Assembly: GCA_963798845.1 (NCBI GenBank)
Contig: CAWCUS010000004.1
Coordinates: 384,001-448,000 of the forward strand
DNA length: 64,000 bases
Direction of reading: 5' to 3'
Source: an uncultured Gemmatimonadales bacterium
GTDB lineage: Bacteria > Gemmatimonadota > Gemmatimonadetes > Longimicrobiales > RSA9
The notes below the pieces were generated by a model. It saw nothing but the letters and a program-made list of their open reading frames with translations, made no database searches and had not been told where the DNA came from. The position numbers and the translations under genes were made by a program. Numbering within the stretch: position 1 is the stretch's first letter; each line of letters begins with the position of its first letter. Shown one piece after another: positions 19,299 to 28,950 of the stretch.

Positions 19299-21145
19299 GT
19301 CCTCGCCTCCACGCTGCGGTCGGGATCGGGGTCGGCCGGGCTGTCGGCGCGGCCGGGAGCGGGCAGGATCACCCGGAAGCGGCTGCCCTCGCCGGGCGCG
19401 CTGTCCACGTCGATGCGTCCGCCCAGGTCGCTGACCAGCCGCCGGACGATGGAAAGCCCGAGCCCCGTGCCCCGCGCCTTCGTCGTATAAAAGTCCTGGA
19501 AGATGCGGCCGCGCTCGTCGGGCTGCATCCCGCGGCCGGTGTCCGCCACCTCGAGCACGAGGTCGCCGTCGCCCCGGCGAGTGGTGACGGTGACGCCCGC
19601 GTCATCACCCTCGAGACTTTCGAGTGCGTTCACGACCAGGTTCTCGACGATGCGACGGAGCGCCACGGGGTCGGCTTCCAGGGCCTCGAGGCCAGGCTGC
19701 AGCTCGAGGGAGACGTGTGGCGTCGGCCGGTGGCGTTCGGTGGTCGGCGCGGCCTCGTGCGCCGTTTGCGAAGGGCGCAACGGACTCGTCTCGCTCACCA
19801 CCTCCCGCACGACGGCATTGAGGTCACAGGGGCGGCGCTCGGCGCGGGGCGACAGCCTGGCGTAGCTATCGGCCAGTGCCTCCAGGTACTCGACGCTGGA
19901 CTCCAGGGTCTGCTGCCGCTCGCGGAACACAGACGGCAGCTCGTCCGGGCGGTCGCGGGCGAGCTCGGCCAGATGGCGGACGACGTTCCGGATCGGGGTC
20001 AGTCCGTTGCGGACGTCGTGGTTCACCTGGCGTGCGAGGTCCCCGATCGTGGCCCGGCGCTCGGCATCTCGCAGGCGAGCGGCGCTGGCGCGCAGGCGAA
20101 TCGCCATGCGGTCGAGGACGCGGGAGAGAGTGCCGATCTCGTCGCGGCGGTCGGTGGCGAAGGAGACGTCGAGCCGATCCAGATCCAGGCGGTCCGCCTT
20201 GCCGGCGAGCGCCGTCAGCGGGCGTCCGAGGCGGGCCGAGACCAGGAGCGCCAGCAGCAGGGCGAGCGCCGCCGCGGCCGCCACGGTGAAGAGCAACCAG
20301 CGGTCGAGGCCGCGCAGCACGATCACCAGCGGGGCGGTGGAAGCGCGGACCTCGACACGGGCGAGGCCGTCGTCGTCATCCACGGCCCGGAGCCGAACGA
20401 CGCGGACGTAGGCGCCACCGGGCCCGGCCGTCACCGTATCCAGCCCGGGCGTCTGCATTGCGCTGGATCCAGGGACGCGGGAGGCACCGGGAGGGGCACG
20501 GTCCGTCGGTCCGGCGGCTCCCTGCGGCTGGATGCCGGGCGCTCCGCGCAGAGTCACGTCCAGCCCGGTGCCGCGCGCGAGCCGGGCGAGGAAGGCCTCG
20601 TCGACGGTGGTTCCGCCGACGAGCGTGAGGGTGCGAGGGCCGAGGCGAACGGACCGGGCTCGAGCCAGGGCGAGCAGCGAGCCCGAGGCGGTGGGCATGG
20701 CGACGAGCGCGCCCTGGTCGCCCGCTCGGCGAAGCGCCTCCGGCAGGGTCGGGTCCACGATGTCGTACTCGTTGCGGAAATGACCGGAGCTGAGGACGTG
20801 GCCGTCCTGGTCCTGGATGCGGAGGACGTCGAGGCCCGATAGGCGCATGGCCCGGGCGGCGTAATCGAGGAGGTAGGCCCGGTCGGCCCCCGCCGCGCCG
20901 CGGACGGCCACCCGCAGGCGGTTGTCGTCGGCCATGGCCTCGGCGAGCCGGTCCAGGCGTGCCTCGACCGCCTCGGACTGCCGCGTCATCTCGTCCGCGA
21001 TCACGGCGGCCAGACCGTCCACCCGCCGCTGATCCAGTGCCCGGAGGCGCGCGGTCACGTCCTGCCGGGCGCGCACGCCGAACAATGCCAGCGGCGCCAC
21101 GGCCAGCACGAGGCCGGAGATCAGGATCCGTGTTCGGAAGGTCAC
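19295..21145 (-). CDS. HAMP-domain sensor histidine kinase with periplasmic Cache-like domain
   Basis: GTG at 21145 overlaps the SBP stop. Two TM helices, HAMP 'RRDEIGTLSRVLDRM', H-box 'VNHDVRNGLTPI', and 'NLVVNALE', 'DTGRGM', 'GTGLGLSIV'. Confidence 0.9.
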   Translation of the reverse strand: MTFRTRILISGLVLAVAPLALFGVRARQDVTARLRALDQRRVDGLAAVIADEMTRQSEAVEARLDRLAEAMADDNRLRVAVRGAAGADRAYLLDYAARAMRLSGLDVLRIQDQDGHVLSSGHFRNEYDIVDPTLPEALRRAGDQGALVAMPTASGSLLALARARSVRLGPRTLTLVGGTTVDEAFLARLARGTGLDVTLRGAPGIQPQGAAGPTDRAPPGASRVPGSSAMQTPGLDTVTAGPGGAYVRVVRLRAVDDDDGLARVEVRASTAPLVIVLRGLDRWLLFTVAAAAALALLLALLVSARLGRPLTALAGKADRLDLDRLDVSFATDRRDEIGTLSRVLDRMAIRLRASAARLRDAERRATIGDLARQVNHDVRNGLTPIRNVVRHLAELARDRPDELPSVFRERQQTLESSVEYLEALADSYARLSPRAERRPCDLNAVVREVVSETSPLRPSQTAHEAAPTTERHRPTPHVSLELQPGLEALEADPVALRRIVENLVVNALESLEGDDAGVTVTTRRGDGDLVLEVADTGRGMQPDERGRIFQDFYTTKARGTGLGLSIVRRLVSDLGGRIDVDSAPGEGSRFRVILPAPGRADSPADPDPDRSVEART

Positions 21146-22587
21146 GGCCGCCTCCGGCGTGCCGCCGTCTCGGGCAGGAGGAGGGTGCCCGCGCCGTCCA
21201 CCCCCAGGCCGGTCACACCCTCGCGGAAAAGGACTGTGCGTCGTGTCTCCACGAGGGGCACCGTCCCGGCCGTCCGAAGCCACGGCGCCCGGCGGCGGGC
21301 TTCCGAGAACAGGCCGCACGGGGACGTTGCGGTGGTGCGCTGCACGGGCAGGATGAAGGCGGCTGCGTCGCCACGTTCGAGCGCCTGCCCGAATGCGTCG
21401 CCGGGAAGGCCCCGGGCGGAGATCGGCGCGCCGCTCGCAGCCAGCGTCGCGGCCACCCACGGCTCCGTTTCCGGCGTGCGGGCCAGCGCCACCAGCCGCT
21501 GCGCCAGCCCCGCGGCGGTCGCGTCGTCGCCAGGAAAGACGACGGCCCTCTGCCCGGCGGAGGTGCCGCCACTGACGCTGACGAGCCCGGGCCCCGGACC
21601 GCCGGGCGCGAAGCCCGGGTCGGCGGGGGCGCCCACGGGGGGGCACGCTTCCATGCCGCCCGGCGGGGCTTCGGCCGGCCTCGCCTCGACCCGCACGGCG
21701 TCCCGCGCCAGGGCCCGGAGCGCGGCGGGGGTCGGGCCCCCGTGGTCTCGCCCCGACACACGGCCGGGCACGAGCAGCAGGTATGCGCGGTCCCAGGGCA
21801 GGGGAGCGCGCTGGTAGCCGCCCCCGGCTGCGGCGTAGTCCAGCGTGGCCGGATCCCTCGTGACCAGGAGATCCACGCCGGCGTCGACGGCGTTCCTCGG
21901 GTCCCCGGCAGTGAGCCGGAACACGACTTCGCCGTGCCCCGAGACGGCACGCAGCACGAGTCCGGACAGCGGCCCTGGCGCCGCCGCCGCCGCCGGGCTG
22001 TACGGCCCCGTGCCCGCGGGCCAGCCGGCCGTGTCCGCCGGGAGCGCCACCGCCATCTCGGGGCGCGCGAAATACGCGGGCGTGACGGGTGCGGGGACGT
22101 CGACCCGTAGCGTGCTGTCATCGAAGATGTCCAGGGCGACGAGATCTCCGGCGCCCGTGGTGGCGAGCCAGCTCCGGCTCACGTCCGACGTCGTCACGAC
22201 AGCGCCGTTCCAGGTCCGGGGGTCGGTTCGAAGATGGAACGTCCACCGGCGCCCGTCGTCGTCGACCCGCCAAGAGCTGGCCAGCAGGGGTCGGGCCTCG
22301 CCCCGGCAGTCGATGCGGACGAGCGTTTCGTAGAGCTGCGCGAACACGAACCGCTCGGCCTCGGACCGGGGCACGGGGGCGTGAGCGGGGTCGATGGGGC
22401 CTGGAAGGGCGGCCACGATCGCGGGCGATGAGGGGCCAATGGAAGCGGGGAACACGCACCGGTCCTCGCCCGGTGCGGGGCCATTCGCCCCCCGGCCGCC
22501 CGCGCACCCCGCCAGCCCTGCCAGAAGCAGGGCGAACGCCGGGGAGGCGAGGCGGGTGGGGGCCGACGGCGGCGCAGGCACGGTCAT
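21142..22587 (-). CDS. Family 5 (Opp/Dpp-like) substrate-binding lipoprotein, divergent
   Basis: Lipobox 'LAGC'. SBP_bac_5 signature 'QLYETLVRIDCRGEARPLLASSW...GRRWTFHLR...WNGAVVTTSDV' and 'PAGTGPY'. Confidence 0.75.
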   Translation of the reverse strand: MTVPAPPSAPTRLASPAFALLLAGLAGCAGGRGANGPAPGEDRCVFPASIGPSSPAIVAALPGPIDPAHAPVPRSEAERFVFAQLYETLVRIDCRGEARPLLASSWRVDDDGRRWTFHLRTDPRTWNGAVVTTSDVSRSWLATTGAGDLVALDIFDDSTLRVDVPAPVTPAYFARPEMAVALPADTAGWPAGTGPYSPAAAAAPGPLSGLVLRAVSGHGEVVFRLTAGDPRNAVDAGVDLLVTRDPATLDYAAAGGGYQRAPLPWDRAYLLLVPGRVSGRDHGGPTPAALRALARDAVRVEARPAEAPPGGMEACPPVGAPADPGFAPGGPGPGLVSVSGGTSAGQRAVVFPGDDATAAGLAQRLVALARTPETEPWVAATLAASGAPISARGLPGDAFGQALERGDAAAFILPVQRTTATSPCGLFSEARRRAPWLRTAGTVPLVETRRTVLFREGVTGLGVDGAGTLLLPETAARRRRP

Positions 22588-22625
22588 GAGATGTGCTACC
22601 CCAGGCAGTGGCGCGGAGGATCCCC

Positions 22626-23753
22626 TCATTCCGACGCCCGCACCGCCAGCTCGACCTTCCTGTCGTCGTCGGGGCGCGCCAGGAACGCGGCGAGGGACTC
22701 CGCCTGCTCGGCCGCGGCGGCCTCGTCCTCCGGGGACACGCGCTGGAACAGCTCGACGGTGAGCGTGAGGGCCCCGCGTCCTCGCCGGCTGCGCCACATC
22801 CCGGCGACGAAGCCGTCCACGAGCACGGTGCCGGGGACCATGCCGTTGCGGGACGCGAGCCATGGGCGGTGGCGGTCCGGGATGATGCGCGTGCGGTCGG
22901 CGTGCGAGAGAACGAGGTTGTCGAAGCCAGCGACGAGCCGGAGCGGCGCCGGAGCGTCCGGTCCCGGCCTGGGCGCGTCGGGGACGTCGAACAGGGCGCG
23001 GCCGTGGGCGTCGTGGAAGGCGCGGAGGCGTGCACGCAGGCGCTCGATCACCTCTCGGAGGCCGGTGAGTCCGGACCACTGCTGGACGTCCGCCACTCCG
23101 GCGGGCCCGAAGCCCGCGAGATAGCGCAGCACGAGGGTGTCGAGGTCGGTGGGAGTGGCGGGTGCGGCGAAGCGTCCGTGCAGTACCGTGTCGGCGGCGG
23201 CGTGGATGGCCCGACCGCTCCGGCCCCACACGCCGCGGGGCGGGAGCTGGACCATCGGCAGCCAGGCGCGGGCCGCGTTCGCGAGCGCGGACGTGCCGGG
23301 CTCCGGCCACCGCTCGGCCAGGCGCCGTCCCAGCTCCGACGTTGTCGTCGGCTTCTCTTCGATCACCGCGCGGGCCGCGGCGGCGAGCGCTTCCGGGTCC
23401 ACGCCGTCCAGGCGGCGCCCATAGCTGGCGCGCAGGCCTCGATCAATGGCGGGCTGGACGAGCGGCCGCAGCCGGAGGGCGTCGCGGCGGGTGACCAGGT
23501 GGATGGTGGAGCGCATGAGCGCCATCCGAACGGCCTGGCCCTGCTGGACGGCCTCCCCCAGCCCTTCCGGACGGAACCCCTCCAGACGCGACCAGAGGCC
23601 CACGTACGGCTGCACCGGATCCTGGGCCTGGAGGCCGACCAGGCGTTCGAGCGCATCCGGCACGGACAGCCGCTCGCGGCGGAGCAGCATCTGGCGCGCC
23701 AGCAGCGCCCGGTTCAGCGCGCGCTCTCCAAGCACCTCGGGTCGGGACGGCAT
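22626..23753 (-). CDS. AlkZ/YcaQ (HTH_42) winged-helix DNA glycosylase, QxQ type
   Basis: 'LNRALLARQMLL', catalytic 'GLQAQ', 'LMRSTIHLV', 'RYLAGFGPA...DVQQWSGL', 'FDNLVLSHADR'. Confidence 0.9.
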   Translation of the reverse strand: MPSRPEVLGERALNRALLARQMLLRRERLSVPDALERLVGLQAQDPVQPYVGLWSRLEGFRPEGLGEAVQQGQAVRMALMRSTIHLVTRRDALRLRPLVQPAIDRGLRASYGRRLDGVDPEALAAAARAVIEEKPTTTSELGRRLAERWPEPGTSALANAARAWLPMVQLPPRGVWGRSGRAIHAAADTVLHGRFAAPATPTDLDTLVLRYLAGFGPAGVADVQQWSGLTGLREVIERLRARLRAFHDAHGRALFDVPDAPRPGPDAPAPLRLVAGFDNLVLSHADRTRIIPDRHRPWLASRNGMVPGTVLVDGFVAGMWRSRRGRGALTLTVELFQRVSPEDEAAAAEQAESLAAFLARPDDDRKVELAVRASE

Positions 23754-23849
23754 GGGTGCGAAGCCTCGGGCCGTCGGCGTCGCGCCGCAACCCGGGTCTA
23801 ACTGGATCCTATCGGGCGTGCTTCGCTCCGCCGCGCCGCCGCACTCCCC

Positions 23850-24365
23850 TCAGGCGTCGGGTCGCAGGTCGGCGAACAGTCCCGCCACTTTCGCCTCCAG
23901 CGCAAGCAGCCGCTTCTTCCGCTCCATCCCGCCGCCGTAGCCGGTGAGGGAGCCGTCCGCCCCAATGACGCGATGGCAGGGGATGACGATGGGCAGCGGG
24001 TTCGCGCCGTTGGCCGCGCCCACGGCCCGCGCGGAGCCCGGGGCCCCGATGGCGGCCGCGATCTCGCCGTACGACGCGGTCTCACCGTACGGGATGGCTT
24101 CCAGCGCTGTCCACACGCGGCGCTGGAACGGCGTGCCCCGCGGCGACAGCGGGAGCGAAAAGGTCCGGCGCTTCCCGGCGAAGTAGGATTCCAGCTGGCG
24201 GCGTGCCTCCGCCAGGGCGGCGTCGGCATCGTCGCGCGGGGCGCCGGCCGTGGACGAGGCGACGGCCGCCGGGCCGAAGTCGATTGCTGCGAGAGCGCCG
24301 TCCTCCGCTACCAGGGTCAGGGGCCCGACCGGGCTCTGCATCTCCGTCCAGACTCTCGTGCTCAC
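23850..24365 (-). CDS. ogt: Methylated-DNA--protein-cysteine methyltransferase
   Basis: 'SPVGPL', 'GTPFQRRVWTALEAIPYGETASYGEIA', 'NPLPIVIPCHRVIG', 'GYGGG'. GTG start overlaps the alkA stop. Confidence 0.95.
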   Translation of the reverse strand: MSTRVWTEMQSPVGPLTLVAEDGALAAIDFGPAAVASSTAGAPRDDADAALAEARRQLESYFAGKRRTFSLPLSPRGTPFQRRVWTALEAIPYGETASYGEIAAAIGAPGSARAVGAANGANPLPIVIPCHRVIGADGSLTGYGGGMERKKRLLALEAKVAGLFADLRPDA

Positions 24366-25876
24366 GTGTCCTCGCCTCCGTTCGGGTGCCGACCTTCCCA
24401 CAGGTACATGGCGGCGTACGCGCGCCACGGGCGCCACGACTCCGCCCTTTCTTCCGGTCTCGCGCCGGCCAGCGCCCGGCGGATCCCTAGATCCGTGGCC
24501 GGGAACGCGTCGGGCCAGTGTAGCGCCCGCATGGCCACGTACTGAGCCGTCCACGGTCCGATCCCGCGGATCCGCAGCATTCCGGCCACCGAGGCATCCG
24601 TGTCGGCGCCCGGCGCCAGGTCCACGCGGCCCGATGCGACGGCTTCCGCCAGCGCCACCAGCGTGGCAGCCCGGGAGGCCGGAAGCCCGATCCGGGCCAC
24701 CGTTCCCGCGTCTTCTCCGGCCAGCCGGTGGGCGGTGACCGGAAGCCGGTCGAGCGCGGTCGATCCCGCTTCGCGGGCCTCGTCCGCGGCGTTGTCCGGG
24801 AGCGGATCGCCGAACGCGGCAGCGAGGCGCCCCGCCAACGTGGTGGCGCCGCGGACGCTGACCTGCTGGCCCAGAATCGCGCGCGAGGCCACCTCGAACC
24901 CATCCAGGGCGCCGGGAACGCGCAGGCCGGGGAGCCGCCGGACCGACGTCGCCAGAGTCGCGTCGCGCTCCAGGGCGGCCGCTATGGCCGCCGGGTCCGC
25001 GTCCAGGTCGAACAGGTGGCGGATGCGGGCGAGGAGCGGCATGAGCACGGGCGCCAGCGAGGCGGACGCGCGCACCTCGAGCGCCGGGAGGGGCATCGGT
25101 GCAGGACGCGCCTCGATCCAGCCCACCTGTCCGCCGAGCGCCACCGTGCGCGTGTAGGCGACCCCGTCCACGGCCTCCACTCCCGGCGTGGCACGAGCGC
25201 CCAGGAAGCGCAGCAGCTGCGCCCAGGCGAGCGGCGGCCGGTACTCCAGCCGGAGCACGGCCGCGGCGGGGGGCGTCGGAGAACCGTCGTCCGCATCCCG
25301 CCGCAGCCGCGTCGGGCTCATGCGGTATCGCGCGCTGAACAGGGCGTTGAAGCGGCTGACGCTGGAGAACCCGCTGGCGAACGCCACGCGGATCACGGGC
25401 AGCGACGTCTCCGTCAGGAGCTGCTTCGCGAGAAGCAGCCGCCGCGTCTGCGCGAGCTCCACCGGCGACACCCCGAACTCCCGCTTGACCGCGCGCCGGA
25501 GCTGCCGCTCGCCGACGCACAGCCCCGCCGCCAGGTCCCGGACCGAGCCGCCGTTGAGCGCCCCCGCGCCAATGCGCTCGAACGCAGCTTCGGCCAGCCG
25601 GCTCCGGACGTCCACCCGCGACCGACCGGGCGCTCGCTCAGGTCGGCACCGCAGGCACGGCCGATAGCCCGCGGACTCCGCCGCCGCCGCCGTATCGAAG
25701 AACGCGCAGTTCTCACGCTTCGGCGTGCGGGCCGGACAGACCGGACGGCAGTAGATCCCGGTCGATGACACGCCCACGAAGAATACGCCGTCGAATCGGC
25801 GGTCGCGGGCGTGGAGCGCGCGGTAGCGGGCGTCGGGGCCCAGGGCGGCTTCGGTACGGCGATCAGCGATTGGCAT
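24362..25876 (-). CDS. alkA: Ada(N)-AraC-AlkA fusion: bifunctional regulator and 3-methyladenine DNA glycosylase II
   Basis: Ada Zn site 'TGIYCRPVCPA...GYRPCLRCRPE', AraC HTHs, AlkA_N 'LEYRPPLAW', 'RAILGQQVSV', HhH 'IRGIGPWTAQYVAMRAL..PDAFPATD'. Confidence 0.95.
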   Translation of the reverse strand: MPIADRRTEAALGPDARYRALHARDRRFDGVFFVGVSSTGIYCRPVCPARTPKRENCAFFDTAAAAESAGYRPCLRCRPERAPGRSRVDVRSRLAEAAFERIGAGALNGGSVRDLAAGLCVGERQLRRAVKREFGVSPVELAQTRRLLLAKQLLTETSLPVIRVAFASGFSSVSRFNALFSARYRMSPTRLRRDADDGSPTPPAAAVLRLEYRPPLAWAQLLRFLGARATPGVEAVDGVAYTRTVALGGQVGWIEARPAPMPLPALEVRASASLAPVLMPLLARIRHLFDLDADPAAIAAALERDATLATSVRRLPGLRVPGALDGFEVASRAILGQQVSVRGATTLAGRLAAAFGDPLPDNAADEAREAGSTALDRLPVTAHRLAGEDAGTVARIGLPASRAATLVALAEAVASGRVDLAPGADTDASVAGMLRIRGIGPWTAQYVAMRALHWPDAFPATDLGIRRALAGARPEERAESWRPWRAYAAMYLWEGRHPNGGEDT

Positions 25877-25930
25877 GAGCGGAATGTAACCCGTGCGGCG
25901 GTCCGCCACTCACCGTTTTCGGACATGGAC
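25877..25930 (-). promoter_or_regulatory. Likely leaderless promoter of ada-alkA with a candidate Ada activation site
   Basis: Minus strand TACATT (25888-25883) lies 6 nt before the ATG with no RBS. ATGTCCGAAAACGG sits upstream, near the -35 region. Confidence 0.45.
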
Positions 25931-26052
25931 ATGGCACGCCGGGAGGGAGCGCGGCAGACCGCGGCCCGAACGCGCGGCCGTCGACGACCGGCGGGCCTCC
26001 TTGCGGCCATTCCTCACCGGGGTAGAATCAACGGAAACGCATAACACGGGAG

Positions 26053-28182
26053 ATGATCATGCGATCTGCGATCGCCCTGATGTGCCTGATGGTGGCCCTC
26101 ACGACCACGGCGCGCGCACAGCAGCCGGCTGCGCCCACGGCGGACACGACCGATCCGTTCCTCTGGCTGGAAGCGCAGCGGGGCGAGCGAGCCATGTCGT
26201 GGGTCGAAGCCGAGAACGCCAAGACCACGGCGGTCCTCGAGAACGACCCTGCCTATGCGGCGCTCTATCGCGACGCGCTGACGATCGCGCAGGCCCGCGA
26301 CCGGATCCCTTACGCGTACTTCCTGGGCGGGGACCTCTACAATTTCTGGCAGGACAGCGCTCACGTCCGTGGCATCTGGCGCCGGACGACGCTGGCCAGC
26401 TATCGGAGCGCGTCTCCAGAATGGACGACGGTGCTCGACCTGGATTCCCTGGCGACGGCGGAGAACGCCAACTGGGTGTGGAGGGGCGCGAACTGCGCGG
26501 CGCCGGCCGAGCGACACTGCCTGCTCGCGCTCTCCGACGGCGGCGAGGATGCGGTCACCTTCCGCGAGTTCGACGTCGAGGCGCGCTCGTTCGTTGACGG
26601 CGGCTTCGAGCTTTCGCGGGGCAAGCAGCGGGTGGCCTGGCAGGGCCAGGACACGCTGCTCGTTTCGCGCGAATGGCAGGAGGGGGAGCTGACGCCTTCC
26701 GGCTATCCGTACATCGTGAAGCGGCTGGTCCGCGGGCAGCCGCTCGACAGCGCAGTGGAGGTGTTCCGCGGCGATCCCAATGACGGAGGGTATGGTGTTA
26801 CGCCCGGAACCCTCGTGGACGGGGCGGGCCACAGGGCGATCGTGATCGAGCGCCCGCTCACCACGTTCGAGTCGGAGAAGTACCTGGTCGCGCCGTCCGG
26901 GGTGGTGAAGCTGGCGATCCCGCTCAAGTCGAACATCACCGACATGGTGGAGGGGCAGGTCATCGTCCAGCTCTCCGAGCCGTGGAAGGATGGGGAGACG
27001 AGCATCGCGTCCGGCGCGCTGGCATCGTTCGATGCCGAGGGAGCTGCCGAGCATCCCGACCATCTCGAGCCGATGGCCATTTTTGTTCCGGGCCCGCGCG
27101 AGTCGGTGGGCGGTGCCTCGACCACGCGCGACCGCATGCTCGCGAGCGTGTACGAGAACGTGCGGGGGAGGGTGTTCACGTTCGCGCGCGCCGCGGACGG
27201 CAGCTGGACGCGGCAGCGCCTGTCGCTGCCGGACAACCTGTCCACCGCGGTCATGAGCGCCAACGTGCAGGGCGAGGACGCGCTCATCAGCGTCAGCGGG
27301 TTCCTCACGCCGAGCAGCGTCTGGCTTTCCGACGCGCGCAAGCAGGAGGTCACGCAGCTGAAGTCGCTGCCGCCCCAGTTCGATGCCGCCGCCGACACGG
27401 TAGAGCAGCTGGAGGCGACGTCGACCGACGGCACGAAGATCCCCTACTTCGTGGTGCACCCCCGGGGCATGAAGCTGGACGGGACCAATCCAACCATTCT
27501 CAACGCGTACGGCGGGTTCGAGGTGTCGGAGACGCCGCGCTACAGCGGCATCATCGGGAAGCTGTGGCTCGAGCGGGGTGGTGTGTTCGTGCTGGCCAAC
27601 ATCCGGGGCGGCGGGGAGTTCGGCCCGGCGTGGCACGAGGCCGGCCTGAAGACCCACCGGCAGATCATCTACGACGACTTCGCCTCCGTCGCCCACGACC
27701 TGATCGCCCGCGGGATCACCAGCCCCCGGCGGCTCGGGATCATGGGCGGGTCGAACGGCGGGCTGCTGATGGGCGTCGAGATGACGCAGAACCCCGACCT
27801 CTTCCACGCGGTGGACATCCAGGTGCCGCTGCTGGACATGCTCCGCTACGAGTACATCGATGCGGGCAGCTCGTGGGTCGGCGAGTACGGCAGCGTTTCC
27901 AATCCGGCCGAGCGCGCGTTCCTGGCGTCCATCTCACCGTACCAGAACCTGAAGCGGGGCGTGGAGTACCCCGAGCCGCTGATCTGGACCACGACCAAGG
28001 ACGACCGGGTCGGGCCCCAGCACGCGCGCAAGTTCGCGGCGAAGATGGCGTCGTTCGGTGATCCGTACCTGTTCTACGAGGTGACCGAGGGCGGCCACGG
28101 CGCGGGCGCGAACCTGCGGGAGTCGGCGCACACGAACGCGCTGGAGTTCACGTACTTCACGCGCAAGCTCATGGGTCAGTGA
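26053..28182 (+). CDS. Prolyl oligopeptidase (S9A), secreted
   Basis: Signal peptide ending 'ARA'. 'DPFLWLE', 'NIRGGGEFGPAWH', nucleophile 'GGSNGG', 'DDRV', 'GGHG'. Confidence 0.95.
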   Translation: MIMRSAIALMCLMVALTTTARAQQPAAPTADTTDPFLWLEAQRGERAMSWVEAENAKTTAVLENDPAYAALYRDALTIAQARDRIPYAYFLGGDLYNFWQDSAHVRGIWRRTTLASYRSASPEWTTVLDLDSLATAENANWVWRGANCAAPAERHCLLALSDGGEDAVTFREFDVEARSFVDGGFELSRGKQRVAWQGQDTLLVSREWQEGELTPSGYPYIVKRLVRGQPLDSAVEVFRGDPNDGGYGVTPGTLVDGAGHRAIVIERPLTTFESEKYLVAPSGVVKLAIPLKSNITDMVEGQVIVQLSEPWKDGETSIASGALASFDAEGAAEHPDHLEPMAIFVPGPRESVGGASTTRDRMLASVYENVRGRVFTFARAADGSWTRQRLSLPDNLSTAVMSANVQGEDALISVSGFLTPSSVWLSDARKQEVTQLKSLPPQFDAAADTVEQLEATSTDGTKIPYFVVHPRGMKLDGTNPTILNAYGGFEVSETPRYSGIIGKLWLERGGVFVLANIRGGGEFGPAWHEAGLKTHRQIIYDDFASVAHDLIARGITSPRRLGIMGGSNGGLLMGVEMTQNPDLFHAVDIQVPLLDMLRYEYIDAGSSWVGEYGSVSNPAERAFLASISPYQNLKRGVEYPEPLIWTTTKDDRVGPQHARKFAAKMASFGDPYLFYEVTEGGHGAGANLRESAHTNALEFTYFTRKLMGQ

Positions 28183-28275
28183 AGCAGGACGCCCCCGAGC
28201 GCGGCCACGCCGACCGTGATCATCGAATACGTGTCGGACACCGGGAGCGGGGGCGTCACGACGCTTCGACGGCGC

Positions 28276-28297
28276 GGTCACCCGGCGCCGGGTGACC
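28276..28297. terminator. Perfect 22-bp palindrome between convergent genes
   Basis: GGTCACCCGGC|GCCGGGTGACC between the POP and bactofilin stop codons. Confidence 0.45.
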
Positions 28298-28313
28298 TGC
28301 GACGCCGCAGGGG

Positions 28314-28775
28314 TCAGGGCGAGCTTGCCGCGCTGGCCGCCTCGCCCGCCGCGGCCGCCGGGCCCGTCCCTTTCGCGCGCACGGTGACGCGGCCGTGAAG
28401 GACGGCGCCTTCCGAAACCGCTATGCGGGGCGCGGTGATGTCGCCTTCGATCGCGGCGGTCTCGCCGATCTCGATTCTCTGGTCGGCGGTGATGGTGCCG
28501 ACGACGCGGCCGTGAACCGCCACGGCGCGGGCCGCGATGTCGCCCCCGATGGTCGCCTCGGACGCGATCACGACGCCGTGCTCGGGGACGGAGACGTCGC
28601 CCTCCACCCGACCCGCGATGGTCAGGTCCTCGGAGCTGGTCACGTTGCCCTGGATCACGACCAATGCGCCGATCCACGCAGCCACCCGCCGCTCATCACG
28701 CAGTCGGCCCCTGACGGTCTGGTCGGAGCGCGCCGGATCCTGCCCCGGCGCGTTCTCTGGGTCTCTTCCGAACAT
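28314..28775 (-). CDS. Bactofilin (polymer-forming cytoskeletal protein)
   Basis: 'IGALVVIQGNVTSSEDLTIAGRVEGDV...IGGDIAARAVAVHGRVVGTITA...IEGDITAPRIAVSEGAVLHGRV'. ATG at 28775 with GGAG. Confidence 0.9.
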   Translation of the reverse strand: MFGRDPENAPGQDPARSDQTVRGRLRDERRVAAWIGALVVIQGNVTSSEDLTIAGRVEGDVSVPEHGVVIASEATIGGDIAARAVAVHGRVVGTITADQRIEIGETAAIEGDITAPRIAVSEGAVLHGRVTVRAKGTGPAAAAGEAASAASSP

Positions 28776-28950
28776 GTCCGACTCCGGGCTGTTTCGGGCG
28801 AAGGTCCGGGCGCGCGGCGGGCGCGTCCGAGGGATGGGACAACATGCGGAACGCCACCGTGGAAGTCGAGGAGATTCAATGGCGGGCGCGGTAGTACGCG
28901 TTTTGCCGCGAGCGGGAGGATCGAAGCGCTGACCCTCGCCGGAGGTGCCG

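Noticed and set aside
28840..28910. Sigma54-like sequences between bactofilin and DUF1207
   Set aside because: Each candidate lacks either the invariant GG or the invariant GC.
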